From Squalus acanthias (lineage: Eukaryota), in contig CM059433.1 in the NCBI GenBank assembly GCA_030390025.1, positions 20,276,001 through 20,340,000 on the forward strand: 64,000 bases of DNA, in the 5' to 3' direction. A program made the position numbers and the translations under genes. The notes below the pieces were generated by a model. It saw only the letters and a list, made by a program, of their open reading frames with translations. It searched no databases and was not told the origin of the DNA. Shown piece by piece: positions 53,872 through 64,000 of this stretch. Within the stretch, counting starts at the first letter, position 1, and the number at the start of each line of letters is the position of its first letter.

Positions 53872-54173
53872 GTTCCAACAGTGCACCCATCTAACAACCA
53901 CATGCAAAAGCTACTTTTGCCCCCACCCCTTTGTCAATGCTACGATCACAAAGCAGTCCTGCAAACAACCAAGCATCACTTTCACATCCTCCCATTGGTC
54001 GCCATCAGTTCATGTCTTCCCATTCATCATCAAACAACTGAAAAGGCCACTTGCCAACCAGCAACCAAGAATGGGCAACATGGGAAAGTGGTGCAAAACA
54101 ATAATATTTGTGTGCGTCAAAAGAAGAAACGGTACAAAATGTGTAACACAGCCATGTGCACACCCTTGTGCAA

Positions 54174-54635
54174 CTACAAATCTTTACTCATCCTTTTCCT
54201 ATTGCTTCTACGTAGTCCAACCCCTGTGGCTTCAGCAGAGGTTCAGGCTAGCTGCTCACATCCCTGCTCTGACTGTTAAGATGCTTTCTGCCAATGACCT
54301 CTGGGTTTTGGAGCCCATGAGGGCCAAAAACTGCTCCACCTGCACCTGTGCAGGGGCAGACTCAGTCATTGGGACAGAAGGCACCCATAGATTGACTGAG
54401 TCGGGGGCAATAGGTGAGAAGTGGAAGCGCTCTGAGCGGAGTCCCCACCGATATTCCCTGTAAGCTGCACGGCACTCCAGGAACCCCGCACAGCCAACTT
54501 GCCAGCTTTTTAATGAGAGAAAACCTCGCATGCTCCTTCCTCCCATTACTAGTGAACAGTATCTCCCTCCGGGTTCTGTCAGCCCCCAGCAGCGTCCGTG
54601 AAGCGAGGTGCAGCCTTTGACCGTCTACCTTCCAT
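54174..54635 (-). pseudogene. Harbinger Myb/SANT-like DNA-binding gene remnant (internally deleted)
   Basis: MEGRRSKAAPRFTDA../..RTRREILFTSNGRK at the start and TSAEATGVGLRRSNRKR at the end. Homologous to 59704-59975. Confidence 0.7.
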
Positions 54636-55255
54636 TGCAACACTTCCTTCTCTCTCATTCCCAACTCCAACTGCTTCAATTCGCATGTTTGGCTTGTCCC
54701 TTTAAATACTGGAGTTGAGATCGCGCCATGCGGGTCGTCATCACGCCCCCTGATGCTAATTGGATGTGTTATTATCAAGAATTGTACCACATACAATTGC
54801 AAGCCTGGATCCCAGTACTTATCAGCACTCAGTATATTGCCTCATTTTAATATGATAGGTAACATGCATATTAATATTGGTGGGTGGGGAGGCAGAGGAG
54901 GAGGAGGATGTAGCCTGGTTTCTCTCGTCACCAGCAATGCGATGTGACATGTTCAAAATATAATACCTTTCTTTTTACAGTACTTCCTGATTCTATTCAT
55001 TTCAATTGGAGAAACTGGCTGATTTTTTCAAACCAAAAATGTGTGTGCAACAAATGAGAACAAAAATCCAAATCAATTTAAACTGGAGCTGAACAAAGGA
55101 GGTGAGTTTTAATAGTTTGACTATTCAGAACAAAGTATTTTAGTCACAAGCTACTCAGAGCTGTAGCTGTATCTCTAGCTGATATTCAGAGCACTATTAT
55201 TGACAGAGTACTGATTTGGAGAAAGGGAAACACCAGAAGGTGTGGGCCCCTTCCT

Positions 55256-55556
55256 CTTTTTTGTACTCATTCTCTGGATGTGGGTGTTACTCGCAAAGCC
55301 ACCATTTATTGTCCATCCCTAGTTGCCCTTGAGAAGGTGGTGGTGAGCCTTCAGCTTGAACCACTGCAGACCATGTGGTGAAGATGCTCCCCTAGGGAGT
55401 TTCAGGATTTTGACCCAGCGACGATGAAGGAGCGCCGATATATTTCCAAGTCTGGATAGTATGTGATTTGAAGGGGAACCTGGAGATGACGGTGTTCCCA
55501 TGCGCCTGCTGTCCTTGTCCCTCTAGGTGGTGGAGGTCACAGGTTTGGAAGGTTCT
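55256..55556 (-). mobile_element. LINE 3' end, same family as 9020-10283
   Basis: Aligns by eye with 9030-9305 (catttattg.ccatcccta.ttg.ccttgagaaggtggtgg ... acgatgaaggagcg.cgatatatttccaagtctgga). Confidence 0.85.
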
Positions 55557-56811
55557 GTTGAATATAGTCCACTCAATCTGTGTCTCTGCCTCAGTGGGTA
55601 GCACAGTCATCTCTGATATAGAAGATTCCAGTAACACTGCAGCACCTGAGCACATCATTTGGTCTGATGTTTGAGTGCAAGGCTGAGGTCATTAAACTTT
55701 TTTCAGCATTCGAACCACCTCTTCCCACCAGCAATGGAGGTGTTGCCTGGAGAGCTTTCAGATCTGGGATTAGGGGTGGGTGAGGAGAAGATGATTTCCC
55801 TCCTCCTGTCCACTGCTTGCCCAGGGCCTCCATTGTGACATTGGAGAACCTGGGGGCCCAATCTTGCAGCCATTTTTCTCCTTTGGAAGCGTCCCCTCCT
55901 GTCTGCAGCCAGGGTGCACTTCCCCTTTAAGAGGTGCACGCTGCCTTTAAGTGGTGTTCGAGATGCCCGATTCCCACCACCCCCCTGAACAGGCGTACAG
56001 TCAATACGCAGCGCAGGTGGAGCTGGCTATATGCCTGTCACATTATAATGAGCAGCTGGCACCAATTTCCTGTGGTCCCTGCGACCACCTGAACAAACGT
56101 GTGCAGCGCACGCCCCGGCCGCTTTCAATGTGTTTAAAAATTGATGTGATTTTAAAAAAAAGCTGCCCTTACATTTTCTTTCCCCTTTAACTAAGACCAG
56201 TCGTTAGGCTTTATTATAGAATGAATAATGTGAGGATAATCAATGCACAATTTATAAACATCTCCATGGCAACAGCTTCATTAGATACTGAAAATGTATT
56301 CAGTAGACTTAAGTGATCATTTCTGACCTAGATATTGGGAACTCTGCTTTTGTTAGCTCTGCTAGTTGAATGAAGATGCCATGCTTTAAAGAATGACTGT
56401 TAATAGATGGCTTTTGCCCCCTTTACATTGAACAGGGGCAAATGCCAGAGCCACGCTTTGAGCAACTGTTTTATTTTTGTTGCGCGCGCTTAAGCCTGAC
56501 TAGGGAGGAAGCACATTGAATACAAACACAATTTTTAATGGGTACTGCAGGGCTATGTGAATATATTATGTTAGTTCAAAGAATAGAGGGGATGTCTGCT
56601 CCAGAGATCAGGGAGTTAGGAGCTGAAAAGCATGAAGCATGTGTGGATTGATTTTATACGAATTGAAATTCACTTGTTTGTTACTCCACGTGTCTGAGTT
56701 TGATTTAAAATAACCCTCAACAGAGCCGGCACCAGTTCGCTTTCTCTCTGTCTCTTTCTTTCTCTTTCCCTCTCTCTTCCCCTTCTCTTTTCTCTGTTTT
56801 TCTCTCTCACT

Positions 56812-57192
56812 ATAGAAACATAGAAACATAGAAAAAATAGGAGCAGGAGTAGGCCATTCGGTCCTTCGAGCCTGCTCCGCCATTCAATATGATCATGGCT
56901 GATCCTCTATTTCAATACCATATTCCCGCTCTCCCCCATACCCCTTGATGCCTTTTGTGTCCAGAAATCTATCTATCTCCTTCTTAAATATATTCAGTGA
57001 CTTGTCCTCCACAGCCTTCTGTGGTAGAGAATTCCACAGGTTCACCACCCTCTGAGTGAAGAAATTTCTCCTCATCTCAGTCCTAAATGTCCTACCCCTT
57101 ACCCTGAGACTGTGACCCCTCGTTCTAGACCCCCCAGCCAGGAGAAACATCCTCCCTGCATCCAGTCTGTCTAGCCCTGTCAGAATTTTATA
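56812..57192 (-). mobile_element. CR1 LINE 3' end
   Basis: MFLLAGGSRTRGHSLRVRGRTFRTEMRRNFFTQRVVNLWNSLP. (CATAGAAA)n tail at 56812-56833. Confidence 0.9.
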
Positions 57193-57421
57193 CGGCTATC
57201 TTTTGGGCTAACTCTTCGGTGTTCTCCCAATGAGCTGAGGAAACCCTGCTATGTTGTGAAATTGCTGCCTCCCATCATTTTCCTCACTGTTTGAGATACT
57301 TCACTATTGAAAACAGTTATCTGCCCTTATTCGTGAATAGCTCACTGCTACAATGTTCTTGCAATGGTTGCATTGTTTGTTAAAAAGACATTGAAAAGAT
57401 AAGGCATTCCTTAAAGAAATT

Positions 57422-58188
57422 GGGCCAGAAATTCGGGTCTCCACGGGTGAGTACGCGCTGTGTACTCACCCGTAGACCCAACGAAAGTGCTGGTTTTGCG
57501 CATGCACTGCGCATGCGATGGAAACCGGAACTTCTGTTCCCCTGAAGGAAGGGGTTCAGAGGTCGAACGCGTGCGCCGGAGAAGCAGCGCGCACGCATCG
57601 GACTTTGTTGTTTTTTTCAGGTTTCTCCGTGAGGGTAAGTACGGAGAAGCTGTGCGGGGAAAAAGGAGGCGCAAGGCCTGCTTTTAACAAGGTAAGTGGT
57701 GAATTAAGTATAATTTAAACATTTTTTTCACAGGTTTATCTTTTTTACATACTTTAAAGAAAGGTAAGTTTATTTTTAGCAACGTTAAAAAGTGTAATTC
57801 ATTTTTTCAAAAATTTAAATTTTTGTTTAAAGTAGTTAATTTATGTAATTTATAGTTTTTTTTAAAAATGTGATGTTTTTTTTTAAAATGTATTTGAAGT
57901 TTTAGTGAGGTTTTGGGGCCAATCTCTATTCATACATTTGACAGGTCTTCCTGTCAAATCTAAGAATGGAGATTCCCTGCTCCGATTGGCTCTCTATGGC
58001 CCACGTGATCCCAGGGGACGCTTCGAACTAGTTGCGCCCCTGGGATACGCGAGCACTGCGCGCCGGCAGCTGGAGGAGGCCCAGGATCGGAATCCCACGC
58101 GGGCCCACAGCACAACGGCAGGCGCGGTATCCAAATGCAGGTCGGGGGCTTGCACCCGCGGGAAGCCCCCGACCCGAATTTCTGGCCC
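57422..58188. mobile_element. MITE with perfect 18-bp TIRs; related to 3741-4509 in opposite orientation
   Basis: GGGCCAGAAATTCGGGTC (57422-57439) and GACCCGAATTTCTGGCCC (58171-58188). Shares cccacgtgatcccagggg.cgct and an AT-rich core. No clear TSD. Confidence 0.85.
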
Positions 58189-58872
58189 GACTAATTGGCG
58201 CATTAAGACCCCTCCATCTACAGAATATGTACAATTTGTCCAGCCATCAATGCTTCCTCATTTATTTAACTGCCTAGCGGCAGAAAATAACTTGTATCAA
58301 CCTTATTTTGAAACTACTCTGGCCACATTCTGTTTATTTGCTACCAATCCTGAGTTATAGGATATTTGGAACAGATTTGTGCACTTAAATTTGATTTATT
58401 CTCTGTGTGTGAATTTGTGCGATCAAGATGAGGATGTCAGTGCTGGGGAATGCAATCATGGACCCCTTCTGCACCATTTATCAGCACCAAGTGCTTCTAA
58501 GGCTGTTGCGGAGTAAAGCTCCATCTACACAAACTCAACAATTTGCTTTAATAGCAATCTGAGAGGAGTATCCCTCTAATGCATCAGCTATTCTCCTGAA
58601 TGAGTCACAGTTTAGTGTCAATTGATGAAATATATATGTTCCCAGTAGGAATTGGGGAAGACATCAAGCTAAAGCACTTTAAAAATAAATATATATACAT
58701 ATGTATAATTTTCATTTCATAGCACTTTCCAATATGTTTTAACAAGTAATTTCAAATAAATTTTGCCACATCTTATGACATTAGAGGGCTATAATTCAAG
58801 TCACAGAACGTGCAGCTTAATTTCTGAAATACTTTGCCAATTTAAGATCAAAATAATTAAACAGCACAGAAT

Positions 58873-59553
58873 TATAAGAACATAAGAACATTAGAATTAG
58901 GAGCATGAGTAAGCCATACGGCCCTTCGAGCCTGCTCCACCATTCAATAAGATCATGGCTGATCTTTGACCTCAACTCTACTTTCCTGCCCGATCCCCAT
59001 ATCCCTTGATTCCCCATGAGTCCAAAAATCTGTCTATCGCAGCTTTGAATATACTCAACGGTTCAGCCTCCATAGCCCTTTGGGGTAGAGAACTCCAAAG
59101 ATTTACAGCCCTCTGCGTGGAGAAATTCCTCCTCATCTTAGTCTTAAATGGCCGACCCCTTATCCTGAGACTATGCCCACTAGTTCTAGACACTCCAGCC
59201 AGGGGAAACAACCTCTCAGCATCTACCCTGTCAATCCACCTCAGAATCTTAGATGTTTCAATGAGATCACCTCTCATTCTTCTAAACTCCAGAGAGTATA
59301 GGCCCATTATACTCAATCTCTCCTCATTGGATAACCCTCTCATCCCAGGGTTCAATCCAGTGAACCTTCGTTGCACCGCCTCTAAGGCATGTACGTCCTA
59401 TCTCAGATAAGGTGACGAAACTGTGCACAGGACTCCAGGTGTGGTCTCACCAAAGCCCTGTACAATTGTAGTAAGACTTCCTTACTCTTGTACTCCAACC
59501 CCCTTGCAATAAAGGCCTTCCGAATTGCTTGCTGTACCTGCATGCTAACTCTC
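58873..59553 (-). mobile_element. CR1 LINE 3' portion
   Basis: FIARGLEYKSKEVLLQLYRALVRPHLE, QRRFT..PGMRGLSNEERL..GLYSLEFRRMRGDLIE. (ATAAGAAC)n tail. Confidence 0.9.
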
Positions 59554-59554
59554 T

Positions 59555-60908
59555 GGCCTCGGCGGGCAACGTCGGTGGCGGGTCCAATTTTACGTCGATT
59601 GGGCTTGTTAAGCCCATGCAGCACGTTTGCCAGCCAATTGAAGGAAGCGGGTCTGATGATGTCATTTGATAACGCGTCATCAGCCGGTTTCCTTAAAGGG
59701 ACCATGCGCAAATTTATTTTGACAGTTGTGCTGCAAACACTGACGAGCACTGCACAAAGGTGCACGGCTGCACCCAGGCTCTCCCATGACTCCCTCCATA
59801 TGCCTATGGAGGGAGTCACAGTACGCGGGGAGGTTCTCTTCCCTTCCAATGGGCGGAAGAGACCTCCCCAGGAGACCAACACAGCCTGGTTGCACATTGC
59901 ACAGGAGGACACAAGCAGGGATGTCGTCAGGAGGACCAGGCTGCAGTGGCGCAAACCTTTCAATGACCTCAGTAGGTCACGAAATATTATTGCAAAGCCA
60001 CACTCAACCTCATCCTGCTGTGCCACTCATCACATCCCCATCACTCTGCCTTCCCTACCCCACTCCTGCACATCCTTACTTACACCAACTTACCTTGCAC
60101 CTCCTCCCATCCCTCTCTATCTACATTATCACTTCCCCATCTCACTAGCCACCCCTCACACTCACCAGCGTAAGGGTTAATATAAATGTTAAATTAAAAA
60201 TTTAATAATAAAAATTCATCCACAAACATTTAAAATTAGTTGATGTAAATTTTCGTGCAGATTAAAATGTTTAAAATTATTTTTCAAAAAATTCAATTTT
60301 TATTGTAAGTGCTTCATTAAAGGGACTTTTAATTACATTTGAAAATGGGAACATTATTTTTATTCCACTTGAGTAAATTATTTAATTATTTGGGGATTCC
60401 CCATATGCTAATGGGGATTCTGTTTGTAAATGGAATCCCCATAAGCATGATGAGGAATCCTCCTTTCTGATTGGACGACTTGGCCCATGTGATATTTTAA
60501 AAATCTGTAGATTTTGTATCATAATGGAGAAATTTGACATTCCACAAAGAGAAATTAGTTTTTCAGGGCCAGAGAGATTGTTCAGCAGTAATTATGACTT
60601 AGTACTGTTACCGTTAAAAAACTCAGTTACACCTCATTCAACAAGGTTTAACTTTTCTGGGGTTTTTGCAACAAGATTGGAGTGTATAAAATGGAAGTTC
60701 ACGTCAATTCAAGTGATTTCTAAGATTTTCGTGTGAGAGGACTTCAACAGCGCACGCTGTGGAGGAGCAGGGAATCGCTGACAGCAACTCCTGGATTTTT
60801 GCCTTTAAAAACGCATATGCGGGCACCAGATGTTGCTGTCAGTTTCACAGTTGTAATGACGGCGAACGCTGACAGTTTCACTGTCATTACAACTGCGAAT
60901 TCCAGGCC
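59555..60908. mobile_element. Composite Harbinger remnant: Myb/SANT gene start joined to a MITE-like right arm
   Basis: Myb-like peptide at 59704-59975, a hairpin at 60392-60462 like that at 3955-4027, and a right end gcgaattccaggcc. Confidence 0.6.
59704..59975 (+). pseudogene. Myb/SANT-like DNA-binding domain fragment of Harbinger
   Basis: AAPRLSHDSL...VTVRGEVLFPSNGRKRPPQETNTAWLHIAQEDTSRDVVRRTRLQWRKPFNDL matches the PRFS..LF..AW..IA..RT..QCRKRFNDL pattern. Confidence 0.75.
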
Positions 60909-61337
60909 AATAAGGTTGGCCTCCAGGAGATGGCAAAACCTGGTGGAGCCAGTGTTTAACATTTAGCCTTTTCTCTTGTCCTGCGCAGTATTGTGTAGGA
61001 TCAGACATCTGTATTGTGTTCTTCTGCTTCTGAGAACTTTTCCCAGGTTCAGCTAATTGGCTTTTGTTGGGCAAGTGCTGGGTGGGACCTCAGCCTCTGA
61101 ATTAGAGCTTGTCTCAAATCAGGGGAAGGACGTTGTGCACTGATGCACCTTTTCAAGGCCTGTAGCAGTACTAGTTTGCTGCAGAATTTCAAAAAATAAC
61201 TTACTTGAGATAAGTGGAAGTTGCTGACTGTCCCTTTCTTCCAATTTGAAGGGACAGCCCAGAAGCTCTCACCCCCCAGCTTCCATGGCTAGTTTTTGGG
61301 GCAGGTGAAATATCTGAAAAATGAAGCTGGAGACATT

Positions 61338-61725
61338 ACGGTAGTGTAGTGGCTATGTTACAGGCCGAGGAATCCAGAGGCCTGGACTAATAATCTGAGT
61401 TAGATCATGAATTCAAATCCCACCATTGGCAGTCTGAGAATTTGAATACAATTTAAGAAAAAATCCTGGACATAAAGAAAAACTGATAAGCAAAATGTGA
61501 CCATGAAGCTGTCATGAAAATCCAATTGGTTTACTAGTATCTACAAGCGTAACTGGTCTGGCCTTTATGTTACTCTAGTCCCATGTGGTTGACTCTTAAC
61601 TGCCCTCTGAAGTAGCCTAGCAAGTCACTCAGTTGTATCACCACCCTCTCAGGTTAACTAGGGAAGGGCAATAAATGCCAGCCTCGCCAGCAAAACACAC
61701 AAATCCTGAGAATAAATTAAAAACA
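61338..61725 (+). mobile_element. tRNA-derived SINE with a LINE-derived tail
   Basis: A-box-like ggtagtgtagtgg and B-box-like aattcaaatccc. Body as at 10286-10550. Tail gggcaataaatgc..gcct.gccag is shared with the LINE 3' ends at 9040-9075 and 55280-55320. Confidence 0.7.
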
Positions 61726-62386
61726 AAAATTCCCATGTCACTTACATTGCGTTTAAATTCTTCAGCCTGTTTCAAGTGGGTATTAGGAAATGCACATTAT
61801 GTGGAACTGGTGCATTCGGGGAATAAAATTGTCCCAGTGTGTTTCAAGGAACTAAGTGATATAATCATATCACTATAATGGTAAAATGGTACTGTTGCCA
61901 TTCTGGAAGGATGAGTTCAGATGGGATGAAGAGTGTTCGAAATTCGGGTCTGCCATAGATGCTTTTCAGGTTCAGTCGCTCACATATGCAGTCCGAGTGT
62001 CTTTTTTTTCTGGAAGTTAACCCACACTACCTTCTATCTACATATGATAGCAAGACTTGAGAGCATAACAATGAAACTCCCTTGTAAACTGGACCAAATC
62101 TCCGTGTCTTTCACACACACACATCCTAAATTGTTCGGAAAGTGGATCGAGTTAACACTAGAGGCAAAATTTGGTTTGAAGTGTAAGTTGCTTTATTCCA
62201 CAGTAAGGTGAATTGTACAGCGCAATTGGTATGGCCACTTAGTTCAATTGGTACAACTTAAATTTGTGTTCTGATTGAAAATAAAGAACATACAATGCCA
62301 CCTCTACTCTGGTGGGTGATCTTATTTAATTTAAAAATGAGAAGTCGCACAACACCAGGTTATAGTCCAACAGTTTTATTTAAAAT

Positions 62387-62422
62387 TACAAGCTTTCGGA
62401 GCTGCTGCTCCTTCGTCAGGTA
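62387..62422 (-). ncRNA. Minimal type I hammerhead ribozyme in the Penelope pseudo-LTR (sense to the ORF)
   Basis: UAC-CUGACGA-A-GGAGC-AGCA-GCUCC-GAA-AGCU-U-GUA. Confidence 0.75.
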
Positions 62423-62684
62423 GAGGTACAGTGAGGGAATCTAATACACAGTATATATACACAGAGAGCGACTTGTCTGCAGAGATACAATCCGTCAGGA
62501 AGGCACTACATCAAAGACACATCAGAGCACAGCCAAGACAATGAGGTGGGTCACAGGGGGTCCAACGTGTCAAATGCTGCCGTCTGCAGTTGAGCTCCTA
62601 ACTTTTATTTTTTGTTGGTTTTTTTTTTGGTTGGTTTTTTTTTTGTGTTTTTTTTAAACTGGAAAGACAGACAACGATGTGACG

Positions 62685-63314
62685 TCACGTTCTGTAGCAT
62701 GACATGAACCCGAGATCCCTATTGAGGCTGTCCTCATGGGTGCGGAACTTGGCTATCAGTTTCTGCTCGATGATTTTGCGTTGTCGTGTGTCTCGAAGGC
62801 CGCCTTGGAGAACGCTAACCCGCAGATCCGAGGCTGAATGTCCTTGACTGCTGAAGTGTTCCCCGACTGGGAGGTAACAATCCTGCCTGGCGATTGTTGC
62901 ACGGTGTCCGTTCATACATTGTCGCAGTGTCTGCATGGTCTCGCCGATGTACCATGCTCCGGGGCATCCTTTCCTGCAACGTATGAGGTAGACAACGTTG
63001 GCCGAGTCACATGAGTATGTACCATGTACCTGGTGGGTAGTGTCCTCACATGTGATGATGGTATCTGTGTTGATGATCTGGCATGTCTTGCAGAGGTTGC
63101 CGTGGCAGGGTTGTGTGGTGTCGTGGTCGCTGTTCTCCTGACAGCTGGGTAATTTGCTGCGAACGATGGTACTTTTGAGGTTAGGCGGCTGCTTGAAGGC
63201 GAGTAGTGGAGGCGTGGGGATGGCCTTAGCAAGGTGTTCGTCGTCATCGATGACATGTTGAAGGCTGCGAAGAACATGGCGTAGTTTCTCCGCTCCGGGG
63301 AAGTACTGGACGAC
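62685..63314 (-). pseudogene. Penelope ORF C-terminus: linker and GIY-YIG endonuclease (210 open codons, no 5' end)
   Basis: A single frame reads VVQYFPGAEKLRHVL...AFKQPPNLK...PCHGNLCKTC...SCDSANVVYLIRCRKGCPGAWYIGETMQTLRQCMNGHR...VGEHF...RKIIEQKLI...LNRD. Confidence 0.9.
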
Positions 63315-63360
63315 GTAGGTGTCTGTGTATACTGTGTATTAGATTCCCCCACTGTACCTC

Positions 63361-63396
63361 TACCTGACGAAGGAGCAGCAGCTCCGAAAGCTCGTA
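63361..63396 (+). ncRNA. Minimal type I hammerhead ribozyme in the inverted pseudo-LTR
   Basis: UAC-CUGACGA-A-GGAGC-AGCA-GCUCC-GAA-AGCU-C-GUA. Confidence 0.75.
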
Positions 63397-64000
63397 ATTT
63401 TAAATAAAACTGTTGGACTATAACCTGGTGTTGTGCGACTTCTCATTTTTGTCCACCCCAGTCCAACACCGGCATCTCCGCATCATGACCATTATTTAAT
63501 TTAACATAAGTAGAATAATCTCTCCCGAGGCAGAAACACTCTCCTTCTGCTGCCTGACTGCCTGGGCAGCTCTGTTTCCTAAAATAAGTCTGATTTTTTG
63601 ATGTCTGTGTTCTGATTTTTAAAAGTTGCTCTCACAGAACAACAGCGATCAAAAGGTTTTCCAAAGCCATGGTCAGAGGTCTTTCCAAACACCCAGACTA
63701 GCTAACAATTCACTCATCGCCCAGGCTCGAGAAGAAAGAACTTCCCATTTAGCATATTAACTATCTTTTATCTGGACTCTTTAATAAAAACGTGAGCATA
63801 CACATTGCTTTTGAAACTGTCAGCATTAAAAAGAATTACTTTTTCCAAAAGCTCTCTGCATGTGACAATGTGTCTTATTCGTCCAGACCTATAGAGTGAT
63901 TTTTTTTAAGCTGTGGGTAGTTTGCCCATTGGTGCTGCACTTATACATAATTTACAACATAGGAGGTTGGGAAGTTCCTTCGAACTGCTCCCATTCTGCT

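Larger units (their letters stand above)
52171..54890. mobile_element. Decayed PIF/Harbinger DNA transposon with two convergent genes
   Basis: Left end gggctggatttt. HARBI1-like nuclease on + and Myb/SANT-like gene remnant on -. Right TIR not found. Confidence 0.85.
62335..63491 (-). mobile_element. 5'-truncated Penelope-like element with an inverted pseudo-LTR
   Basis: GIY-YIG ORF flanked by inverted repeats 62333-62466 / 63322-63450. 13-bp TSD ttatttaatttaa (62322-62334, 63492-63504). Confidence 0.9.

Noticed and set aside
56456..56472. Isolated satellite-like word (gctttgagca) outside the array
   Set aside because: Only about 10 bp match, which is expected by chance.

Overview
Eukaryotic, repeat-dominated DNA with no recognisable intact host gene. 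The repeat content (Deu-domain SINE, CR1 and L2 LINEs, Penelope elements, Harbinger MITEs) suggests a cartilaginous fish; this is an inference. Half of the window (~14,030-45,630) is one head-to-tail array of ~900 copies of a 35-bp satellite (CAGGGCAATCCCAGAAACACTGCTCAAAGCAGGAA). It explains all the giant ORFs in the track and shows internal dyads, a kappaB-like motif, kb-scale internal duplications and an ancestral variant kept at both edges. The flanks contain decayed LINE/SINE fragments, a dead two-gene PIF/Harbinger transposon with related hairpin-rich MITEs, and Penelope-like elements. The most notable functional signal is five minimal hammerhead-ribozyme motifs from two Penelope-associated families whose stems differ in sequence but keep the same pairing. 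Other oddities are a ~120-bp local templated copy inserted into an L2 fragment and a CpG-retaining, exon-like segment next to the satellite.
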